From Balneolales bacterium (GTDB lineage Bacteria > Bacteroidota > Rhodothermia > Balneolales > HLUCCA01): a stretch of 62,029 bases of DNA. Positions within the stretch are counted from its first letter, which is position 1. Each line of letters opens with the position of its first letter. The stretch is taken from positions 1 through 62,029 of the forward strand of contig JANJTJ010000121.1 in the NCBI GenBank assembly GCA_024711145.1, read 5' to 3'. The position numbers and the translations under genes were made by a program. The notes beneath the pieces were generated by a model. The model made no database searches. It had not been told where the DNA came from and saw nothing but the letters and a program-made list of their open reading frames with translations. This document shows, in pieces, positions 1 to 7,658 of the stretch.

Positions 1-1
1 T

Positions 2-2362
2 CCCGTCATGGATGTGAACAACAACCCCCGCAACCCGGTGATCAACACACGCAGCTATTCCGAAGATCCCGCAACGGTCACCCGGTTCGGTGTCGAATTC
101 CTCAAGGGGGTGCAGGCCACGGGTCTGGTGGCCACCGTCAAACATTTTCCCGGGCACGGAGACACCGACGTCGATTCCCATATCGGCCTTCCGGTCATCA
201 ACCATGACCGGGCCCGTCTGGACAGCGTGGAACTGGTGCCCTTCCGGGCCGCCATCGCCGCCGGTGTGGGCAGCGTGATGAGCGCGCATATCGTCTTCCC
301 GAAACTGGGTAGCGAGCCCGGTTTGCCCGGCACCCTGGACCCCAACATCCTGACCAAACTCCTGCGCGAAGACCTGGGGTTCACCGGTCTGGTGACCACC
401 GACGCCCTGGAGATGGAGGGTGTGTCGGAGCATTTCAGTCCGGGCGAGGCCCTCACCCGCGCCCTGTTGGCCGGCGCCGACATGCTGCTGCTGCCGCCCG
501 ATGTGGCAACCGCACTGGACGGTGCCGTTGCAGCCGTGGAGAGCGGACGCATCCCCATGGCCCGTCTGGATGAAAGCGTGCGGCGCATGCTGGAGTGGAA
601 AGCCCGGTTGGGCCTGTTCGAAAGCGACAACCAGGTGGATGTGCACACCCTGAGCTCGCGCATCGCCACACCCGAATACGAAGCCGCCGCCGACCGCATG
701 GCCGAGGCATCCATGACCCTGCTGAAGAACGACGGCGGCATTCTGCCCATCCGGGCCGACCGCTACCGCCGCATCCTGGCCGTGGTGGTGAGCGACGACC
801 GCAGCGGTACGGCGGGCCAGACCTTCGCCCGCGACCTGCGCGCCATGCATCCCAATGTCAATTTCCAGCTCTATGATCCCCGCACCTCCGAAGTGGAGTT
901 GGACCGCATCATCGCGGCGGCCGACAACGCCGACCTGGTGATCGCCGCCACCTACATGTCGGTCCGCACCGGCTCCGGGTCAATCTCCATGTCGCCCGCC
1001 CAGAACCGGTTCCTCAACCGGCTCGAAGCCAAGGGCAAACCCGTGGTGTTAGTGGCCTTGGGCAACCCCTACGTGGTGGGCGACCTGCCCCAGGCCGAAG
1101 TGCACCTGTTGGGTTGGGCCTCGCACAACCGGCAGAACACGGCAGCCGTGAACGCCCTCTTCGGCGCGTCGGCCATTACGGGCCGCCTGCCCATCAGCTT
1201 GCCCAACACGCCCTACAATCGCGGAGCCGGCATCACCCTGCCGGCATCGCGGCTGCGTACGGCCACCCCGGCCGCCGCCGGCCTCCACGCCGACTCTTTG
1301 GCCGGCATCGGCCGCATCATGGAGCAGGCCGTGCGCGACCGCGTGTTCCCCGGTGGCACCGTCACCGTGGTCAAGGACGGCCGCATCGCCTACTCCCAAG
1401 GCTTCGGGTATTTCGATTACGAGAAGACGCGTCCCGTGCGGACCTCCGACATCTACGACCTGGCCAGCATCAGCAAGGTGATGGGGACCACCCTGGCCGT
1501 GATGAAACTGGTGGATGAGGGCAAACTGCGCCTGGAAGATCCCATCAGCACCTGGATTCCCGAATATGCCACCGGAGAAAAGGCCAAGATCACCGTCTGG
1601 CATTTTCTCACGCATACCTCCGGCCTGCCGCCCTTCCGCGTGTATGTGGACCAATTGCGCACCCGCGACGCCCTCTTCCAGGCCATCCGCAACGAACCCC
1701 TCACCGGCACTCCCGGCGAAGCCTATGTCTATTCCGATCTGGGCCTGATCCTGCTCGGGCAGATCATCGAAACCATCACGGGCAAACGGCAGGACCAATA
1801 CCTCGAAGAAACCTTCTATGCGCCCCTGGGCCTGCGGTCCACCATGTACAATCCCCTACAGCGGGATCCGCGCTTGCTCGATCGCATTCCTCCCACCGAA
1901 AACGACACCATCCATCGGAAAGCCTGGGTGCGTGGCGTGGTGCACGACGAACGCGCCTACTACCTGGACGGAGTGGCCGGGCATGCCGGACTCTTCTCCA
2001 ACGGAGGCGACCTGGCCGTACTGGCCCAGCTCTTCCTGAACGGCGGCACCTATGGCGGAACCCGCTACCTGAGCGAGGCCGTGGTGGACCGGTTCACCGC
2101 CCGCGGTTCCCAACCGGGACGCCGGGGCATCGGGTTCGACATGAAATCGCTCAGTGGTTTCACCACCGCCGGTCGTCTGGCCTCCGATGCCACCTATGGG
2201 CATACCGGGTTCACCGGAACCAGCATCTGGATCGATCCGGAACAGGACCTGACGGTGATCGTGCTCACCAACCGCACCTATCCGTTCCGGGCCAACGCCT
2301 CAGCCGTCAGTCGGGTACGGGCCTCGGTGGCCGAAACCGTATACCGGAGCCTGGTCCGATGA
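2..2362 (+). CDS. nagZ: GH3 beta-N-acetylglucosaminidase (NagZ-type) fused to a C-terminal beta-lactamase-fold serine hydrolase (AmiE-like); 5' end lies outside the window
   Basis: NagZ signature KHFPGHGDTDVDSH and TDAL nucleophile region. GH3 C-domain is followed by SxxK (LASISKVM), YSDLG and HTGFTG motifs. Frame is open to the window edge (PVMDVNNNP is an internal GH3 motif). Confidence 0.9.
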   Translation, partial: PVMDVNNNPRNPVINTRSYSEDPATVTRFGVEFLKGVQATGLVATVKHFPGHGDTDVDSHIGLPVINHDRARLDSVELVPFRAAIAAGVGSVMSAHIVFPKLGSEPGLPGTLDPNILTKLLREDLGFTGLVTTDALEMEGVSEHFSPGEALTRALLAGADMLLLPPDVATALDGAVAAVESGRIPMARLDESVRRMLEWKARLGLFESDNQVDVHTLSSRIATPEYEAAADRMAEASMTLLKNDGGILPIRADRYRRILAVVVSDDRSGTAGQTFARDLRAMHPNVNFQLYDPRTSEVELDRIIAAADNADLVIAATYMSVRTGSGSISMSPAQNRFLNRLEAKGKPVVLVALGNPYVVGDLPQAEVHLLGWASHNRQNTAAVNALFGASAITGRLPISLPNTPYNRGAGITLPASRLRTATPAAAGLHADSLAGIGRIMEQAVRDRVFPGGTVTVVKDGRIAYSQGFGYFDYEKTRPVRTSDIYDLASISKVMGTTLAVMKLVDEGKLRLEDPISTWIPEYATGEKAKITVWHFLTHTSGLPPFRVYVDQLRTRDALFQAIRNEPLTGTPGEAYVYSDLGLILLGQIIETITGKRQDQYLEETFYAPLGLRSTMYNPLQRDPRLLDRIPPTENDTIHRKAWVRGVVHDERAYYLDGVAGHAGLFSNGGDLAVLAQLFLNGGTYGGTRYLSEAVVDRFTARGSQPGRRGIGFDMKSLSGFTTAGRLASDATYGHTGFTGTSIWIDPEQDLTVIVLTNRTYPFRANASAVSRVRASVAETVYRSLVR

Positions 2363-3039
2363 GCGGATGGGACCTGCTCCGGACGCGTGCCTATGTGCCG
2401 TATTCGGGTGTGCCCGAACTGGCGGTGGCCGTCGGCAACGACGGCCGCAGGTACCCCGGGGTACGGGTGGAAAACGCCAGTTTTCCGCTCACCATCCATG
2501 CCGTGCAGGCCGCCCTGTTCGGGTGCATGGCCAACGGGGCCGAACCGGTAGCCGTGCTCCTGCCACCCGGGGTGGACCTCGAAGCGGCCGGCCGGTGGGG
2601 TTGGCCCGTACAGACCGTGGAAACCCTGTCCAGCCGGTTCGCGGAGGTCGTCAAGCCGGAACCGGGCGACCCTCAAGTGCTAAAAACCCGGGCCGTGGTA
2701 CCACATAGCTCCTTTCCCGTGGTGGCCTTCGTGCGCTACGAGGCGGGCTGGATCACCGGTGTGAACATCGAGGTGCCCGATTGGCAGCTCGGCCTGTGCG
2801 CCGAACGCATCGCCATTGCCATCGGCTACGCCCATGGCCTGGGCGCCCCGCTCGAGTGGGACATCCACGCCTTCCGGGGCGACTTCATCTCCCCATGCGG
2901 GGCATGCCGACAGGTGTTGGCCGAACACGGCCGCAACAACCGGGTACGCCTGCACCATCCCGACGGCAGCATGAGCGACCACTCCGTGGCCGACCTCCTT
3001 CCCCACTCCTTTTCGGGCTCGCACCTGCGAATCGGTTGA
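2359..3039 (+). CDS. cdd: Cytidine deaminase with a tandem-duplicated domain (N-terminal copy degenerate)
   Basis: RAYVPYS...VENAS in the N-half; CAER and PCGACRQ zinc motifs in the C-half; ATGA overlap with the upstream gene. Confidence 0.85.
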   Translation: MSGWDLLRTRAYVPYSGVPELAVAVGNDGRRYPGVRVENASFPLTIHAVQAALFGCMANGAEPVAVLLPPGVDLEAAGRWGWPVQTVETLSSRFAEVVKPEPGDPQVLKTRAVVPHSSFPVVAFVRYEAGWITGVNIEVPDWQLGLCAERIAIAIGYAHGLGAPLEWDIHAFRGDFISPCGACRQVLAEHGRNNRVRLHHPDGSMSDHSVADLLPHSFSGSHLRIG

Positions 3040-3040
3040 C

Positions 3041-3586
3041 ATGACCCTCCTGCTCGTGCTCGATGCCGCCCATGCGGCCAGTCCCTTGTTCATGAAAGCC
3101 TTCGGCCAGGCCTTGCAAGGTCTGAAAACCTATCAGGTGGCCATTGTACACACCGGTGGCGCCTACACCGAGCAGCTCATCCAAACCGGCCTCATGCGCC
3201 GCGAAGCCGAAGTGCGCGCCCAACGCGAAACCAACCGCAAGCTCATCACCTGGTTGGCCGATTACGGCCTGGCCTGCAGTGGCCTGCATGGAGACCAACG
3301 CGGGTTGGTCCGCCGGACACCGACCGGCATCCAGGTGAATGCCCTTGCCCTGGGGCCGGCCCATGCCGGGGTGGTCCGCATCTGTTCCACCCTCATCGTG
3401 GGTGCCGATGGCGGCTCGGAGCCGCTTCCGCTGGCCGAAGCCGTGCGCCTTTGGGAAACCCATCTGCCCGCCGATCAGGTCGTCGTTTACCGCCTCACCG
3501 GCGATGCGGGGAACCCCGTTCCCGAAGAAATGAGGGCCTACGCGCACCCTTACCGCCTCACCGACCCCTTCCAAACAGCCGTTTGA
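3041..3586 (+). CDS. Amino-acid-kinase-fold (ArgB-like) protein, probably degenerate
   Basis: VAIVHTGG...RETNRKLITWL...SGLHGDQRGL resembles the VVVHGGG/N-x-x-L/GLSGxD segments of acetylglutamate kinase, but only 181 aa; starts 1 nt after cdd. Confidence 0.5.
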   Translation: MTLLLVLDAAHAASPLFMKAFGQALQGLKTYQVAIVHTGGAYTEQLIQTGLMRREAEVRAQRETNRKLITWLADYGLACSGLHGDQRGLVRRTPTGIQVNALALGPAHAGVVRICSTLIVGADGGSEPLPLAEAVRLWETHLPADQVVVYRLTGDAGNPVPEEMRAYAHPYRLTDPFQTAV

Positions 3587-3588
3587 AT

Positions 3589-3619
3589 GAAAAAAACGGG
3601 GTTGAAACCCCTTTTTTTC
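3589..3619. terminator. Intrinsic terminator (bidirectional type) ending the nagZ-cdd operon
   Basis: GAAAAAAAC-GGGGT-TGAA-ACCCC-TTTTTTTC hairpin with A- and T-tracts right after the stop at 3586. Confidence 0.75.
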
Positions 3620-3641
3620 GTTAGAATCGGGTGGTCGGCTA

Positions 3642-3670
3642 TTGACCGGACAAAGCCGTATCGGTAGTTT
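3642..3670 (+). promoter_or_regulatory. Putative sigma70-type promoter of the Hc1-like gene
   Basis: TTGACC (3642-3647), 17-nt spacer, TAGTTT (3665-3670), 62 nt upstream of ATG 3733. Confidence 0.45.
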
Positions 3671-3732
3671 GACCGCAGTAACCGCCACGGTTGTCAATTT
3701 TTTCCATCATTCAAACCAATCGGAGCACCATA

Positions 3733-3903
3733 ATGAGTCGTTTTGCCGAAGTAAAAGCACTGGTCGATCAACTGGAAGGGGACCTCGACAAATTCTACAA
3801 CAAAGGGAACAAAACGGCCGGTACCCGCGCCCGCAAAGCCCTGCAGGACCTGAAGAAAGTTGCCCAGGACATCCGCCTGGACATCCAGAACAAGAAGGCC
3901 TGA
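3733..3903 (+). CDS. Small basic histone H1-like (Hc1 N-terminal domain-type) nucleoid protein, 56 aa
   Basis: MSRFAEVKALV...DKFYNKGNKTAGTRARKALQDLKKVAQDIRLDIQ matches the short FCB-group Hc1 family pattern; GGAG upstream; flanked by promoter and terminator. Confidence 0.85.
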   Translation: MSRFAEVKALVDQLEGDLDKFYNKGNKTAGTRARKALQDLKKVAQDIRLDIQNKKA

Positions 3904-3920
3904 GGTTGAAGAACCACAAC

Positions 3921-3948
3921 GAAAAAGGCTCCCTCGGGAGCCTTTTTC
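3921..3948. terminator. Bidirectional intrinsic terminator between the convergent Hc1-like and M42 genes
   Basis: GAAAAA-GGCTCC-CTCG-GGAGCC-TTTTTC perfect hairpin. Confidence 0.9.
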
Positions 3949-3951
3949 GTT

Positions 3952-5007
3952 TCAAAGAACCGAGAACCGTTGATGACGGTCCAACGCCAGCACCGCCTCG
4001 GTCATGAGGGCCACCAGATGGTCCACATCGGTGAGCGAGGCCGTCTCCACTGGTGAATGCATGTAGCGCAGCGGCAACGACACCAACGCGCTCGGAATAC
4101 CCTGCCGGGTGAAGAAGATGCTGTCGGTATCGGTACCGGTCCGCACGCTGCTGGCTTCGTGCTGGTGCGGTATGGCCCGGGCTTCGGCCACCGCCACCAG
4201 GTGCGCCACCAGCTTCGGGTGGCAGGACGTACCGTGCTGGATGGCAGGCCCCTCGCCCAGCACCACTTTGCCATGCTCGCGCTGGTTGATGCCGGGCGTA
4301 TCGGTGGCATGGGTCACATCCGTCACGATGGCGCAATCCGGGTTGAACCGGTAACTCATCATCCGGGCGCCGAACCCGCCGATCTCCTCCTGCACGGCGT
4401 TCAAGGCAACCACATTCACCTTCAGTTCGGCCCGGCGGGCGGCCAGGTTCTCGAACACCCGGGCGATGGCGTATCCGCCGATGCGGTTGTCCAAGGCCCG
4501 ACCCGTGATGATGTCGTCGGTCAACAGGTCGAAATCGTCGGCATAGGTGATGGGGTCGCCCACACGCACCAGGGCCAGGGCCTCCTCCCGGTTCGCGACA
4601 CCGATATCCACGAACAGGTCTTTCCAGGCGAAGGGCTTGTTCTGGTCTTTGTCCTGGATGTGGATGGCGGTGTGGCCGATCACCCCACTCACCACTCCGC
4701 TACCGGTATGGATGCGCACCCGCCGTGCCCGGGCAATGGTGGGGTCGCTGCCACCGATGCGCTGCACCCATACGAACCCCTGCTCATCCACATGCTGCAC
4801 CACCATGCCGATTTCGTCGGCGTGGGCTTCGATCATTACGGTGATGGCCTCGTCCGACACATTGAGCATGGCCGCGGCGGACCCGTAGGCGTCGGTAAGG
4901 GTTTCATCGGCCAACGGGGTTACGAATTTGAGCCATTCGGCCTGCCCGGCCGATTCATACCCCGTGGGGCTGGGTGTGATCAGCAGCGTTTCGAGTAGTG
5001 GGTGCAT
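3952..5007 (-). CDS. M42 family metallo-aminopeptidase
   Basis: AHADEIG, ALDNRIG, QEEIG, VTDVTH and LRYMHSP metal-ligand motifs; 351 aa. Confidence 0.9.
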   Translation of the reverse strand: MHPLLETLLITPSPTGYESAGQAEWLKFVTPLADETLTDAYGSAAAMLNVSDEAITVMIEAHADEIGMVVQHVDEQGFVWVQRIGGSDPTIARARRVRIHTGSGVVSGVIGHTAIHIQDKDQNKPFAWKDLFVDIGVANREEALALVRVGDPITYADDFDLLTDDIITGRALDNRIGGYAIARVFENLAARRAELKVNVVALNAVQEEIGGFGARMMSYRFNPDCAIVTDVTHATDTPGINQREHGKVVLGEGPAIQHGTSCHPKLVAHLVAVAEARAIPHQHEASSVRTGTDTDSIFFTRQGIPSALVSLPLRYMHSPVETASLTDVDHLVALMTEAVLALDRHQRFSVL

Positions 5008-5010
5008 CTG

Positions 5011-5066
5011 TGGGTGGTGGGTGGTGGGTGGTGGGTGGTGGGTGGTGGGTGGTGGGTGGTGGGTGG
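5011..5066. repeat. Perfect heptamer tandem repeat (TGGGTGG)x8
   Basis: Read directly; begins 3 nt from the M42 start codon. Confidence 0.97.
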
Positions 5067-5073
5067 TAAATTA

Positions 5074-5137
5074 CCCAAAGTCCCAAAGACCCATAGTCCC
5101 AAAGTCCCATAGTCCCAAAGTCCCATAGTCCCAACGT
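5074..5137. repeat. Octamer tandem repeat (CCCA[A/T]AGT)x8
   Basis: CCCAAAGT CCCAAAGA CCCATAGT CCCAAAGT CCCATAGT CCCAAAGT CCCATAGT CCCAACGT; the last unit overlaps the GTG start at 5136. Confidence 0.95.
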
Positions 5138-6371
5138 GAACCAATACAAAGTCTTTACCGATCCGGTGCACGGGTTCGTGCATGTGCCCAAAGGCTTGCT
5201 GCTCCGGTTGGTAGACCACCCCGTGGTGCAGCGGCTGCGGCGTATCCGGCAGTTGGGCCTGGGGTACCTGGTATTCCCCGGCGGCGAACACTCCCGTTTC
5301 TCCCATGCCCTGGGAGCCTTGGGCCTGATGCAACGCACCTTGGCCAGCCTGCGCGAAAAGAACACCACCATCACCAACGCCGAAGCCGAAGGCGCCATGG
5401 CCGCCATTCTGCTGCATGATGTGGGGCACGGTCCGTTCAGCCATACGTTGGAGCATGTGCTCATCCGCGATTTCCATCATGAGCAGATGACCTTGGCCCT
5501 CATGCGGCACCTGGACGAGGAGATGGATGGTGCGCTCCGCACGGCCATCGACATCTTCATCGGTACCCATCCCAAGCCCTTCCTCCATCAGCTCATCTCC
5601 TCCCAATTGGATATAGACCGCCTCGACTACCTCAAGCGCGACGCCTTCCATACCGGCGTGCAGGAGGGTGAAATCGGGGTGGACCGCATCCTGCGCACCA
5701 TGCGCGTCATCAAGGGACACATCGTGATCGAGCGCAAAGGCATCTATGCCGTCGAGAACTATGTGACCGCCCGTCGCCTCATGTACATGCAGGTGTATCA
5801 GCACAAGACCGTACTGGCGGCCGACCAACTGCTCAAGTCGGTCATGCACCGCATAGGCGACCTCACGGATGCCGGCAAACCGCCCTTCACCCCCTCGCCC
5901 GTGCTCGAGTGGTTCCTCAAGGAACGGCCATCGGCCAAACGGGGCATCTCCAAAACCCTGAGGGACCGATTCCTGATGGTGGACGACGACGACTTCCTCC
6001 TCAGCCTGAAATATTGGGCCCGAGAGAAAGACCCCATCCTACGCGACCTGGCCAAACGCTTTCTCGAGCGGCGGTACCTGCGAACCACCTTCCTGCGCGC
6101 ACCCCTGGACGAAGACCGGCTGGATGCGCTCCGCATGCGCACGGCCGAGGCCTGCGGCGGCCGCGAAGATGCCGTACCCTACTACCTGCATACCGGCACC
6201 TTGCACAACGAGGCCTACCGCTTCGAGAACGACAGCATCTGGGTGATGGATGAAACCGGAACCGCCGTCGAGTTCTCCAAGGCCAGCGAAACACGCAATA
6301 TCGCCGCGCTCACCCAGCCGGTGGTCAAACCCTATGTGGTGCATAGGAAGGATGTGGAGCTTCCATTGTAA
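5136..6371 (+). CDS. HD-domain phosphohydrolase (dNTP triphosphohydrolase/YwfO-like)
   Basis: DPVHG, QRLRRIRQLG, HSRFSHALG, LLHDVGHGPFSH and DIDRLDY motifs; GTG start. Confidence 0.9.
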   Translation: MNQYKVFTDPVHGFVHVPKGLLLRLVDHPVVQRLRRIRQLGLGYLVFPGGEHSRFSHALGALGLMQRTLASLREKNTTITNAEAEGAMAAILLHDVGHGPFSHTLEHVLIRDFHHEQMTLALMRHLDEEMDGALRTAIDIFIGTHPKPFLHQLISSQLDIDRLDYLKRDAFHTGVQEGEIGVDRILRTMRVIKGHIVIERKGIYAVENYVTARRLMYMQVYQHKTVLAADQLLKSVMHRIGDLTDAGKPPFTPSPVLEWFLKERPSAKRGISKTLRDRFLMVDDDDFLLSLKYWAREKDPILRDLAKRFLERRYLRTTFLRAPLDEDRLDALRMRTAEACGGREDAVPYYLHTGTLHNEAYRFENDSIWVMDETGTAVEFSKASETRNIAALTQPVVKPYVVHRKDVELPL

Positions 6372-6380
6372 ATTCGTCGC

Positions 6381-7658
6381 ATGATGCGTAAAGAACTCTT
6401 GCTGATCGGGGGACTGGGTATTTTCTGTCTGGGATTGATATTCTGGTTCATCTTTTCAGAATCGTCGCCCTTCGCCCCGAAATCGGAACCCGTCTCACCG
6501 GCCACTTTGGCCAATACCACCGGCATCGTGGAAATCCGCCGGGCCGGCCAACCGCATTGGACCAACGCCGAACCCGGCGATTCGCTCCTGCTCGGCGACC
6601 AATTGCGCACGTCCAACCACGCACAGGCGTTGCTGCGGTTCAGGGCTTCGGCCTGGATATTGGTGGATTCCTCGACCACCCTGACACTGTCCCAGTCCAC
6701 CGGACGCGACCCGGCCCATATCGATCTGGAGACCGGCGCGGTCACCTACAACCGCCTGGTGAGCAAAAGGAACGTGCCCGTCGGTGTCAAAACCGCGGAA
6801 GGCACCTTCTTGAGTGCCCGCCTGGACGAGGTGGACCTGCCGGCCCAGGTCCGCGAAGAATCGTATGTGTCCCGTTACCGGGGCACCACGCGGGCCACGG
6901 CCGACATGGGCGCCTTCCGATGGGTGGTGGGCACCACCACCGTCGACGTACCCGAAACCAACATGCTTACCGCATCCTCCGGGGCGCCGGTGGTCAGGCC
7001 GCTCAAACCCGCCGTGGCCATCCGATACCCGGCCCAGGAAGCCGAATATCCGGCCGGCTACATGTCGCGCGGCTTCAATGTGCTTTGGGGGGCCGATGCG
7101 GCCGCCACTGGCTACCGTGTGGAATGGATGCGTATGGATTCCATACCCCAGTTGGCCAGCGCCCGCGAAGTGGACGAAACCGGTTTCCGCGTGCGGCTGC
7201 TTCCCGAGGGCGTGTACCGGTTCCGGGTACGCACCCGCCTGGCCGACGGACACAGCCTTTGGTCGGAGCCCCTGTCGGTACGGATCGGCGGCACCCGGTA
7301 CCTGTCGGATGTGCCCAAGCCCGATGCCGACTCCGAACCCATCCGGTTCACACACAAACCCTTCGAGGAGAGTTGGATCGTGGGTGGGTACGTGCGCCAG
7401 GACCTGGTGGCCGACCATGAGGTCGTCGTGTATCTGCAGGCGGACGTATGGTACCGGCAACCGGCGGTGGAACCGTTCCGCATACCGCTTCAGCCCGACG
7501 GCTATTTCGAAACCGTGACGCCCAAGGGCCGCGGGTTGTATGTATCCCTGGTGCGCCAGGGTGCCGGCACCTGGCCCGAACTGGTATCCCATCTGCGGTT
7601 GTTGCCCATCCCCGACGGGGAATCGGTGCGGTTCAACGTCGAGCGGCGGATCCACTGA
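6381..7658 (+). CDS. Single-pass membrane protein with FecR-like domain, fibronectin type III-like domain and a C-terminal beta-rich domain
   Basis: N-terminal TM (LLLIGGLGIFCLGLIFWFIF); GD-x-LRT...IDLETGAV FecR pattern; W...GYRVEW...YRFRVR...WSEP FN3 pattern. Confidence 0.7.
   Translation: MMRKELLLIGGLGIFCLGLIFWFIFSESSPFAPKSEPVSPATLANTTGIVEIRRAGQPHWTNAEPGDSLLLGDQLRTSNHAQALLRFRASAWILVDSSTTLTLSQSTGRDPAHIDLETGAVTYNRLVSKRNVPVGVKTAEGTFLSARLDEVDLPAQVREESYVSRYRGTTRATADMGAFRWVVGTTTVDVPETNMLTASSGAPVVRPLKPAVAIRYPAQEAEYPAGYMSRGFNVLWGADAAATGYRVEWMRMDSIPQLASAREVDETGFRVRLLPEGVYRFRVRTRLADGHSLWSEPLSVRIGGTRYLSDVPKPDADSEPIRFTHKPFEESWIVGGYVRQDLVADHEVVVYLQADVWYRQPAVEPFRIPLQPDGYFETVTPKGRGLYVSLVRQGAGTWPELVSHLRLLPIPDGESVRFNVERRIH

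Noticed and set aside
5011-5137. Possible CRISPR array
   Set aside because: Units are 7-8 bp with no unique spacers, and there are no cas genes in the window.
5136-6371. HD dNTPase as an anti-phage nucleotide-depletion system
   Set aside because: It looks like the widespread housekeeping YwfO-type family, has host-like GC and has no defence genes nearby.
7448-7657. Longer N-termini from the ORF track (TPR-barrel 7448, pfkA 32691, ispB 32540, atpD 38626, rsgA 48586, OMP 49895, kinases 16989 and 20592)
   Set aside because: The extensions overlap neighbouring genes or promoters and precede the homologous start or signal peptide; shorter starts were used.
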